Positions 25,801-37,300 of a stretch of 64,000 nt of DNA are shown one piece after another. Position 1 is the stretch's first letter, and each line of letters opens with the position of its first letter. The DNA is from Ranitomeya imitator (taxonomy: Eukaryota), in assembly GCF_032444005.1 (NCBI RefSeq), contig NC_091285.1, positions 675,056,001-675,120,000 of the forward strand. Reading direction: 5' to 3'. The notes under the pieces are model-generated. The model was not told the origin of the DNA and did not search any database. It saw nothing but the letters and a program-made list of their open reading frames with translations. The translations under genes and the position numbers were made by a program.

Positions 25801-28265
25801 GAATGATTCGAGCACCTTGTACAATGCTAAGGAAATCTTGAAGACCTGCATGGTTTGCGGCCCTCGAGGAATGCAGTTTGACACCCCTGACGTAAAATGT
25901 TCCCAATAAAAGCTTCAACTCAATCCACAAAAAAAGCAAGTCCCCACTCAGGTCCGTCATCTATTAACGGAAACATAGGGGGCTTCCACGTTACTGGTAG
26001 CACAAAGGCTCTGGAAAAGCAAAATGGGTCCTTACCCGGCAAAAGAAATTCAGCAAATTCTGTGCTCCCAAATCCAAATGCTCCCTCCCTTCTTAGCCCC
26101 ACAGTGTACCTAAACCACAGAGCGACCACGTTTGGCATTTCTGAAGCGATGAGAGTCCGCGCAACTTATGGGTACATGTCTCTAGAAGCACGGGCTGGGC
26201 GTACTGGTCACTACAACGTATTGGTCACTACAACGTACTGGTCACTACAACGTGCTGGTCACTACAACGTATTGTCACTACAACGTACCGGTCACTACAA
26301 CGTGCCGGTCACTACAACGTATTGGTCACTACAACGTGGTGGTCACTACAACATGGTGGTCACTACAACGTGGTGGTCACTACAACGTGGTGGTCACTAC
26401 AACGTACTGGTCACTACAACGTGCCGGTCACTACAACGTGCCGGTCACTACAACGTGCCGGTCACTACAACGTGCCGGTCACTACAGCCTACTGGTCACT
26501 ACAGCCTACTGGTCACTACAACGTACTGGTCACTACAACGTACCGGTCACTACAACGTACCGGTCACTACAACGTACTGGTCACTACAACGTACTGGTCA
26601 CTACAACGTGCCGGTCACTACAACGTATTGGTCACTACAACGTGGTGGTCACTACAACATGGTGGTCACTACAACGTGGTGGTCACTACAACGTGGTGGT
26701 CACTACAACGTGGTGGTCACTACAACGTACTGGTCACTACAACGTGCCGGTCACTACAACGTGCCGGTCACTACAATGTACTGGTCACTACAGCCTACTG
26801 GTCACTACAACGTACTGGTCACTACAACGTACCGGTCACTACAACGTACCGGTCACTACAACGTACCGGTCACTACAACGTACTGGTCACTACAACGTAC
26901 TGGTCACTACAACGTGCCGGTCACTACAACGTACCGGTCACTACAACGGCAGTTTGTAATTTTCACTTGGCAACATCCACTGCTTCCTGTTTCTGGAAAA
27001 CACCCATGGAAGCAAAATCATCAGTACACCTGTAGATAAATTCACCAAAGGGTATAATTTCCCAAATGGGGTCACTTGAGGGGGGATTCTTCTCTTCTAG
27101 CAATTAGGGGATCCGCAAACTCTTCTAGGATAATCTGCGCTACAGGAGTAAAACAGCGCTCTGTCCCTCCCGAGTCTCTCCGTATGGCTAGGCAGTACTG
27201 TACAGCCACATATGGGGTATTGCCATGTTCAATAGAAATTGTCGGACACGCTTTGGTGCCATTTTTACCCACTTCGTGTGAAAGTGTAAAATCTTTGGCT
27301 AAAAACAAAATTTTGGGGGTAAAAATGTAGTTATTTTGTCTTCACTTCCCAATGGCATAAGATTCTGTGAGGCCGATGTGGTGTCAATATGATCCCTGCA
27401 CCCCTGGATGAATTCATTGGGGAGTGTAGTTTGTAAAATGAGCTCATATATGGGGGTTTCTGTTGTTCTGGCCCCTCAGGGGCTCTGCCAATGTGACATG
27501 GCATCCTCAAACCATTCCAGCAAAATCAGAACTCCAATATGGCGCCTCTTCCCTTCTGAGCTTTGCACTGCGCCTCAGAAGTGGTATTCCCCTACATATG
27601 GGGTATCGGAGTACTAAGGAGAACCGCACAACAAATTGTATGGAGCAATTTCTCCTGGTACTGTCATGAAATTGCAAAATTTGGGGCCTAAATAAAATTT
27701 TTTTATTTGTGGCAAAATGTTTTTTTTTTGTTTTTTTAATTTTATTATTTTCACAGCTTTACGTTATAAACTTCTGTGAAGTGCTTGGGGGTTCAAAGTG
27801 CTCACCACACATCTAGATAAGTTCCAAAGGTGGTCTAGTTTCCAAAATGGTGTCACTTCTGGGGGCTTCCACTGTTTAGACACATCAGGGGCTCTTCAAA
27901 CGTGGCGTCCGATCTCAATTCCAGCAAATTTTGCATTGAAAAAGTAAAACGACGCTCCTTCCCTTCTGAGCCCTCCCGTGCGCCCAAACAGGGGTTTACC
28001 CCGACATATGGGGTATCGGCGTACTCAGGACAAATTGGACAACTTTTGGGGTCCATTTTCTCCTGTTACCCTTGGTAAAAGAAAAATAATTGGATCTGAA
28101 GTAAATTTTGCTGTGAAAAAAAGTTAAATGTTCATTTTATTTTATTTTTTAAACATTCCAAAAATTCCTGTGATGCACCTGAAGGGTTAATAAACTTCTT
28201 GAATGTGGTTTTGAGCACCTTGAGGGGTGCAGTTTTTAGAATGGTGTCACACTTGGATATTTTCT

Positions 28266-28323
<58 letters not shown>

Positions 28324-31300
28324 ATCTCTCTCTGATTTAAGGGCATGAAAATTCAAAGTTGGTAAAATTGCGAAATTTTCACCAAATTTGCATTTTTTTT
28401 CACAAATAAACACAACTAATGTCTAGGAAATGTTACCACTATCATGAAGTACAATATGTCACGAGAAAACAATGTCAGAATCTCCGGGATCCGTTGAAGC
28501 GTTCCAGAGTTATAACCTCATAAAGGGACAGTGGTCAGAATTTGAAAAAATTGGCCCGGTCATTAACGTGCAAACCACCCTTGGGGGTAAAGGGGTTAAA
28601 AAATCAAAAATATATATAAAAAAGTTCAAATCTTCGCCCAGTCAAAGTAAAAACATAACAAAAATACAGACATTTGTTATCGCCACGTTCAGAATCGCCC
28701 GATCTATCAAACTATTAATTAAACCGATCGTTAAACGGCGTAACGAGAAAACAATCAGTGCATTACTGCATATCCAGGACGTGTGGTCAGGGTGGGCCGC
28801 GTTACTGTTGCACTTCTATCCAAGGTCTCACCCGTGTGTTTTGCAGGGGACAGTTCCCGGCTCCGGTGCGGGTTCCAGTCTCCGATATCCTCAATCTGGT
28901 TTGTCGAGTGGTCAACGTGAGCGCCAAGAACTTGGTAAGAACCTCGTGGGGTGGTGATGGCGGCAGCGTCGCCCTCCTCCCACCATCCGTACGTCGCTGG
29001 TCATGGTGTCCTTGTGTTGCAGAGCTGGCAGGGTGAGGAGGCTCTGAAGCTGCTGCTGCTGCCCGGAGTCCACAAGACGGCCCTGGACATCCTGGAGGCC
29101 GCCATACTGGCGTGAGTAGCACCGCTCCTGATCTCTTGTGGGGTCTTCACCCTGGGCTGCTCCGTACCCCCGGCTGTGTCTCTTCCCCAGGTGCGGTCCT
29201 CGTCTCCTGCCGCTCTCGTCCGTCATCTGCAGATTATTTCCACAACTCCTCAGCTCCTGGGCATCTGTAAGAGGAGCAGGCGGGTTCCCATCTGGGCAGG
29301 AGAAGCCTTATAGGTGGGTGTCTGTCGCCGATGTAGTCTGCGGGGTCCTGCCGCCATCTTTCCTCTGTTTCCTACATTACTGTGTGATGCTTTATTCCAG
29401 CTCACTCCGGGGGGCCGTCTACCGGGTCCTGGAGCGCTGGGTAACCGTGTGCGGAGTCTCGGCTGGCGTCTTGCAAGGCATGGCGCACCACTCAGATATA
29501 CTGCTGGCACATCTGCTCAGTGACATCACTCCGCCCGCAGATTCCCTGAAGGTGAGACCCGCCGCCACTTACTCTTCCCTTGTCGTCCTCTTTGTCTCCC
29601 CCAGTCGTCCCCCCTTCCCCCGGTCGTTCCCCCTTGCCCCGGTCATCCGTCCGTCCCCCCTTTCCCTTCCCCCTTGCCCCGGTCGTTCCCCCCCCCCCCC
29701 CCTTGCCCCGGTCGTTTCCCTTCCCCCTTTCCCCGGTTGTCCGTCCATCCCCCCTTTCCCTTCCCACTTGCCCCGGTCGTCCGTCCCCCCCTTTCCCTTC
29801 CCCCTTGCCCCAGTCGTTTCTCCCCCTTGCCCCGGTCGTTTCTCCCCCCTTGCCCCGGTTGTCCGTCCATCCCCCCTTTCCCTTCCCCCTTGCCCCGGTC
29901 GTTTCCCCCCCTTGCCCCGGTTGTCCGTCCGTCCATCCCCCCCTTTCCCTTCCCCCTTGCCCCGGTCGTCCGTCCCCCCTTTCCCTTCCCCCTTGCCCTG
30001 GTCGTTCCCCCCCCCCCCTTGCCCCAGTCGTTTCCCCCCCTTGCCCCAGTCGTTTCCCCCCCTTGCCCCGATTGTCCGTCCGTCCCCCCTTTCCCTTCCC
30101 CCTTGCCCCGGTCGTTTCTCCCCCCTTGCCCCGGTTGTCCGTCCATCCCCCCTTTCCCTTCCCCCTTGCCCCGGTCGTCCCCCCCTTGCCCCGGTCGTCC
30201 CCCCTTGCCCCGGTCGTCCGTCCGTCCCCCCTTTCCCTTCCCCCTCGGTCTTCTCTCCCTCGTCCCCCCTTTTCCTTCCCCCTTGCCCCGGTCATCTGTC
30301 AGTCCCCCCTTTCCCTTCCCCCTTGCCCCGGTCGTTCCCCCCCCCCTTGCCCCGGTCGTTTCCCTTCCCCCTTTCCCCGGTTGTCCGTCCATCCCCCCCT
30401 TTCCCTTCCCACTTGCCCCGGTCGTCCGTCCCCCTTTTCCCTTCCCCCTTGCCCCAGTCGTTTCTCCCCCTTGCCCCGGTCGTTTCTCCCCCCTTGCCCC
30501 GGTTGTCCGTCCATCCCCCCTTTCCCTTCCCCCTTGCCCCGGTCGTCTGTCCCCCCTTTCCCTTCCCCCTTGCCCCGGTCGTTTCCCCCCCTTGCCCCGG
30601 TTGTCAGTCCATCCCCCCCTTTCCCTTCCCCCTTGCCCCGGTCGTCCGTCCCCCCTTTCCCCGGTCGTCCGTCCCCCCTTTCCCCGGTCGTCCGTCCCCC
30701 CTTTTCCTTCCCCCTCGGTCTTCACTCTCCCTCGTCCCCCCTTTTCCTTCCCCCTCGGTCTTCACTCTCCCTCGTCCCCCCTTTTCCTTCCCCCTCGGTC
30801 TTCACTCTCCCTCGTCCCCCCTTTTCCTTCCCCCTCGGTCTTCGCTCTCCCTCGTCCCCCCTTTCCCTTCCCCCTCGGTCTTCGCTCTCCCTCGTCCCCC
30901 CTTTTCCTTCCCCCTCGGTCTTCACTCTCCCTCGTCCCCCCTTTCCCTTCCCCCTCGGTCTTCACTCTCCCTCGTCCCCCCTTTTCCTTCCCCCTCGGTC
31001 TTCACTCTCCCTCGTCCCCCCTTTCCCTTCCCCCTCGGTCTTCACTCTCCCTCGTCCCCCCTTTTCCTTCCCCCTCGGTCTTCACTCTCCCTCGTCCCCC
31101 CTTTTCCTTCCCCCTCGGTCTTCACTCTCCCTCGTCCTCCCTTTTCCTTCCCCCTCGGTCTTCACTCTCCCTCGTCCCCCCTTTTCCTTCCCCCTCGGTC
31201 TTCACTCTCCCTCGTCCCCCCTTGCCCCTCGGTCTTCACTCTCCCTCGTCCCCCCTTCCCCTTGCCCCTCGGTCTTCACTCTCCCTCGTTCCCCTTGCCC

Positions 31301-34300
31301 CTCGGTCTTCACTCTCCCTCGTCCCCCCTTCCCCTTCGGTCTTCACTCTCCCTCGTCCCCCCTTCCCCTTGCCCCTCGGTCTTCACTCTCCCTCGTCCCC
31401 CCTTCCCCTTGCCCCTCGGTCTTCACTCTCCCTCGTCCCCCCTTCCCCTTCCCCCTCGGTCTTCACTCTCCCTCGTCCCCCCTTTCCCTTCCCCCTTGCC
31501 CCGGTCGTTTCCCCCCCTTGCCCCGGTCGTCCGTCCCCCCTTTCCCCGGTCGTCCGTCCCCCCTTTCCCTTCCCCCTTGCCCCGGTCGTTCCCCCCCCCC
31601 CCCCCTTGCCCCGGTCGTTTCTCCCCCCTTGCCCCGGTTGTCCGTCCATCCCCCCTTTCCCTTCCCCCTTGCCCCGGTCGTTCGTCCCCCCTTTCCCTTC
31701 CCCCTTGCCCCGGTCGTTCGTCCCCCCTTTCCCTTCCCCCTTGCCCCGGTCGTTCCCCCCCCCCCTTTCCCTTCCCCCTCGGTCTTCACTCTCCCTCGTT
31801 CCCCTTGCCCCTCGGTCTTCACTCTCCCTCGTCCCCCCCTTCCCCTTGCCCCTCGGTCTTCACTCTCCCTCGTCCCCCCTTCCCCTTGCCCCTCGGTCTT
31901 CACTCTCCCTCGTCCCCCCTTCCCCTTCCCCCTCGGTCTTCACTCTCCCTCATCCCCACTTTCCCTTCCCCCTCGGTCTTCACTCTCCCTCGTCCCCCCT
32001 TCCCCTTCCCCCTCGGTCTTCACTCTCCCTCATCCCCACTTTCCCTTCCCCCTCGGTCTTCACTCTCCCTCGTCCCCCCTTTTCCTTCCCCCTCGGTCTT
32101 CACTCTCCCTCGTCCCCCCTTTTCCTTCCCCCTCGGTCTTCACTCTCCCTCGTCCCCCCTTTTCCTTCCCCCTCGGTCTTCACTCTCCCTCGTCCCCCCT
32201 TTTCCTTCCCCCTCGGTCTTCACTCTCCCTCGTCCTCCCTTTTCCTTCCCCCTCGGTCTTCACTCTCCCTCGTCCCCCCTTTTCCTTCCCCCTCGGTCTT
32301 CACTCTCCCTCGTCCCCCCTTGCCCCTCGGTCTTCACTCTCCCTCGTCCCCCCTTGCCCCTCGGTCTTCACTCTCCCTCGTCCCCCCTTGCCCCTCGGTC
32401 TTCACTCTCCCTCGTCCCCCCTTGCCCCTCGGTCTTCACTCTCCCTCATCCCCCCTTCCCCTTGCCCCTCGGTCTTCACTCTCCCTCGTTCCCCTTGCCC
32501 CTCGGTCTTCACTCTCCCTCGTCCCCCCCTTCCCCTTGCCCCTCGGTCTTCACTCTCCCTCGTCCCCCCTTCCCCTTGCCCCTCGGTCTTCACTCTCCCT
32601 CGTCCCCCCTTCCCCTTGCCCCTCGGTCTTCACTCTCCCTCGTCCCCCCTTCCCCTTCCCCCTCGGTCTTCACTCTCCCTCGTCCCCCCTTGCCCCTCGG
32701 TCTTCACTCTCCCTCGTCCCCCCTTCCCCTTCCCCCTCGGTCTTCACTCTCCCTCGTCCCCACTTTCCCTTCCCCCTCGGTCTTCACTCTCCCTCGTCCC
32801 CCCTTGCCCTTCACTCTCCCTCGTCCCCCCTTGCCCCTCGGTCTTCACTCTCCCTCGTCCCCCCTTCCCCTTGCCCCTCGGTCTTCACTCTCCCTCGTCC
32901 CCCCTTTCCCTTGCCCCTCGGTCTTCACTCTCCCTCGTCCCCCCTTTCCCTTGCCCCTCGGTCTTCACTCTCCCTCGTCCCCCCTTTCCCTTGCCCCTCG
33001 GTCTTCACTCTCCCTCGTCCCCCCTTGCCCCTCGGTCTTCACTCTCCCTCGTCCCCCCTTCCCCTTCCCCCTCGGTCTTCACTCTCCCTCGTCCCCACTT
33101 TCCCTTCCCCCTCGGTCTTCACTCTCCCTCGTCCCCCCTTGCCCTTCACTCTCCCTCGTCCCCCCTTGCCCCTCGGTCTTCACTCTCCCTCGTCCCCCCT
33201 TCCCCTTGCCCCTCGGTCTTCACTCTCCCTCGTCCCCCCTTTCCCTTGCCCCTCGGTCTTCACTCTCCCTCGTCCCCCCTTTCCCTTGCCCCTCGGTCTT
33301 CACTCTCCCTCGTCCCCCCTTTCCCTTGCCCCTCGGTCTTCACTCTCCCTCGTCCCCCCCTTCCCCCTCGGTCTTCACTCTCCCTCGTCCCCACTTTCCC
33401 TTCCCCCTCGGTCTTCACTCTCCCTCGTCCCCCCTTGCCCTTCACTCTCCCTCGTCCCCCCTTGCCCTTCACTCTCCCTCGTCCCCCCTTGCCCCTCGGT
33501 CTTCACTCTCCCTCGTCCCCCCTTCCCCTTGCCCCTCGGTCTTCACTCTCCCTCGTCCCCCCTTCCCCTTGCCCCTCGGTCTTCACTCTCCCTCGTCCCC
33601 CCTTCCCCTTCCCCCTCGGTCTTCACTCTCCCTCGTCCCCCTTCCCCTTGCCCCTCGGTCTTCACTCTCCCTCGTCCCCCCTTCCCCTTGCCCCTCGGTC
33701 TTCACTCTCCCTCGTCCCCCCTTCCCCTTGCCCCTCGGTCTTCACTCTCCCTCGTCCCCCCTTCCCCTTGCCCCTCGGTCTTCACTCTCCCTCGTCCCCC
33801 CTTCCCCTTGCCCCTCGGTCTTCACTCTCCCTCGTCCCCCCTTCCCCCTCGGTCTTCACTCTCCCTCGTCCCCCCTTCCCCCTCGGTCTTCACTCTCCCT
33901 CGTCCCCCCTTCCCCTTGCCCCTCGGTCTTCACTCTCCCTCGTCCCCCCTTCCCCTTGCCCCTCGGTCTTCACTCTCCCTCGTCCCCCCTTTCCCTTGCC
34001 CCTCGGTCTTCACTCTCCCTCGTCCCCCCTTTCCCTTGCCCCTCGGTCTTCACTCTCCCTCGTCCCCCCTTTCCCTTGCCCCTCGGTCTTCACTCTCCCT
34101 CGTCCCCCCTTCCCCTTGCCCCTCGGTCTTCACTCTCCCTCGTCCCCCCTTCCCCTTGCCCCTCGGTCTTCACTCTCCCTCGTCCCCCCTTCCCCTTGCC
34201 CCTCGGTCTTCACTCTCCCTCGTCCCCACTTCCCCTTGCCCCTCGGTCTTCACTCTCCCTCGTCCCCCTTCCCCCTTGGTCTTCACTCTCCCTCGTCCCC

Positions 34301-37300
34301 CCTTCCCCTTGCCCCTCGGTCTTCACTCTCCCTCGTCCCCCCTTCCCCTTGCCCCTCGGTCTTCACTCTCCCTCGTCCCCCCTTCCCCTTGCCCCTCGGT
34401 CTTCACTCTCCCTCGTCCCCCCTTCCCCTTGCCCCTTGGTCTTCACTCTCCCTCGTCCCCCCTTCCCCCTCGGTCTTCACTCTCCCTCGTCCCCCCTTCC
34501 CCCTCGGTCTTCACTCTCCCTCGTCCCCCCTTCCCCTTGCCCCTCGGTCTTCACTCTCCCTCGTCCCCCCTTGCCCCTCGGTCTTCACTCTCCCTCGTCC
34601 CCCCTTTCCCTTGCCCCTCGGTCTTCACTCTCCCTCGTCCCCCCTTTCCCTTGCCCCTCGGTCTTCACTCTCCCTCGTCCCCCCTTTCCCTTGCCCCTCG
34701 GTCTTCACTCTCCCTCGTCCCCCCTTCCCCTTGCCCCTCGGTCTTCACTCTCCCTCGTCCCCCCTTCCCCTTGCCCCTCGGTCTTCACTCTCCCTCGTCC
34801 CCCCTTCCCCTTGCCCCTCGGTCTTCACTCTCCCTCGTCCCCCCTTCCCCTTGCCCCTCGGTCTTCACTCTCCCTCGTCCCCCCTTCCCCTTCCCCCTCG
34901 GTCTTCACTCTCCCTCGTCCCCCCTTTCCCTTGCCCCTCGGTCTTCACTCTCCCTCGTCCCCCCTTTCCCTTGCCCCTCGGTCTTCACTCTCCCTCGTCC
35001 CCCCTTTCCCTTGCCCCTCGGTCTTCACTCTCCCTCGTCCCCCCTTCCCCTTGCCCCTCGGTCTTCACTCTCCCTCGTCCCCCCTTCCCCTTGCCCCTCG
35101 GTCTTCACTCTCCCTCGTCCCCCCTTCCCCTTCCCCCTCGGTCTTCACTCTCCCTCGTCCCCCCTTCCCCCTCGGTCTTCACTCTCCCTCGTCCCCCCTT
35201 CCCCTTGCCCCTCGGTCTTCACTCTCCCTCGTCCCCCCTTTCCCTTTCCCCTCGGTCTTCACTCTCCCTCGTCCCCCCTTCCCCTTGCCCCTCGGTCTTC
35301 ACTCTCCCTCGTCCCCCCTTCCCCTTGCCCCTCGGTCTTCACTCTCCCTCGTCCCCCCTTCCCCTTGCCCCTCGGTCTTCACTCTCCCTCGTCCCCCCTT
35401 CCCCTTCCCCCTCGGTCTTCACTCTCCCTCGTCCCCCCTTCCCCCTCGGTCTTCACTCTCCCTCGTCCCCCCTTCCCCTTCCCCCTCGGTCTTCACTCTC
35501 CCTCGTCCCCCCTTCCCCTTCCCCCTCGGTCTTCACTCTCCCTCGTCCCCCCTTCCCCCTCGGTCTTCACTCTCCCTCGTCTCTGCAGATGTCCAGCTTT
35601 GTACAGTTAGGAGCCAAGAAGCAGAAAGTCTCGGAGATCGGGAACGGCGAATTTCAAAGTCACCGGAAACGAGAAGGCGGCGCAAATACGGAGCTGTGTG
35701 CGGCGGCACTACGGGGTGAGATGAACGACTTGTAGATGTCTGTGGGGGATGGGAAGCACCAGGGGCTTTGGAAACCCCTTATCAAGTGTCTTTACGGGAA
35801 TTCGGAGATGGAGGGGGTCCTTGTGTGTCCCCCGACCTCTCACCGTTCTCACCTGTCTCTTTTCTAGCCCTCTGCGCCATTGTCCTGTATGGAGGATCCG
35901 TAATCAAGGATGACTGTCACCGGGTGAGTGGGCGTCTCCGGGGGTCTGTCTTGGGAACAGTGACCTCTTTATATTAAGGTCTCAGGGGTAACGTTTCTCC
36001 TTGTGGCGAGTGACATGCCGCCTCTGATCAGCTGTGCAATGCTCCTCTGGGAAATTTAATATGCAAATTGCCTCTTCGGAGGAGGACTTGCCCTCTACAG
36101 CGCCACCTGTTGGAAGCAGCGATCCTATGTCGCCATCGCCCCTTTAGCAATATGACTTAGGATAATGCAAGGCTCGTTAGAGGGTCGTTGGCGACTTGTA
36201 GGATCGCTGCTTCCAGCAGGTGGCGCTGTGGAGCTCTAGTCTGCCTCTCTGAAGTCAGCTTCCATCTTTTATATTGGACACATCTGGTTGGCTCTTCAGC
36301 CTCATATCTGATGCCACCATGTGGACACGCTGTGGTATTGCACACCGTGCCTTCTGTGTATACGGCGCAGTGAGGGGCAGCAGGAGTCAAGTGTGAAGTC
36401 CAGCGTCTCCAGTGGGGTTACATGACGTAAGATCTGCGGCCGCCGGCCTGGAATACAAGAGATTGCCCAAACCTCCAGCCAGCACCTTGTGTGACAAGGG
36501 GAGGAACACCGAGTAGTATGTAGGGAGCACAAAGGAGGGCACCGTGGCTGGGGGGGCACAATAAGGGCATTATTTCTTGGTTATGGGGGGCGCAAAAGGC
36601 GGAATTAGTCTTATAAGGGGCACAAAAAGAACATTATTACAATGTAGGGGATGTCAAAAGGGGACAAAAAGGGGGTTCTTTTACTATGTGGAGGATACAA
36701 AGGGGGCATTATTACTATGTGGGGGATACAAAGATGTGCTATTACTATGGGGAACACAAAAAGGCCACTGTTACTATGTGGGGAAAGCTATTACTATGGA
36801 GGACACGGGGGCGCTATTACTATGGAGGACACGGGGGCGCTATTACTATGGAGGACACGGGGGCGCTATTACTATGGAGGACACGGGGGCGCTATTACTA
36901 TGGAGGACACGGGGGCGCTATTACTATGGAGGACACGGGGGCGCTATTACTATGGAGGACACGGGGGCGCTATTACTATGGAGGACACGGGGGCGCTATT
37001 ACTATGGAGGACACGGGGGCGCTATTACTATGGAGGACACGGGGGCGCTATTACTATGGAGGACACGGGGGCGCTATTACTATGGAAGCACATAGTTGGT
37101 GACGATATACAGGGACACAGCATGTGGGGGACATGGCTGACTACTACATGGAGTATTGCAAAGAGTTGTTGAAAAGTTTTGTGTGCGCAGCACGGTGGTC
37201 TTTCGTGGCACAGCTGCGCGGTAGTATGGGCGCTGTACGGTGGTTGGCACATCTGAGGTTGGTATAGGTGGTGCACGGTGGTGTTTGATTGGTATGGTGA

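Larger units (their letters stand above)
25900..28595. mobile_element. Non-autonomous TTAA (piggyBac-like) DNA-transposon sequence in PELP1 intron 8; left end not resolved
   Basis: Right terminus AAGGGG-TTAA at 28590-28599; internally repetitive AT-rich blocks; no ORF of note. Confidence 0.45.

Noticed and set aside
29138-35735. Three overlapping ORFs of about 2000-2200 aa (Pro/Ser/Leu-rich)
   Set aside because: All three + frames are open because the array has almost no A and so no stops. The longest simply reads through PELP1 exons 11-12 and short introns. No evidence of a protein.
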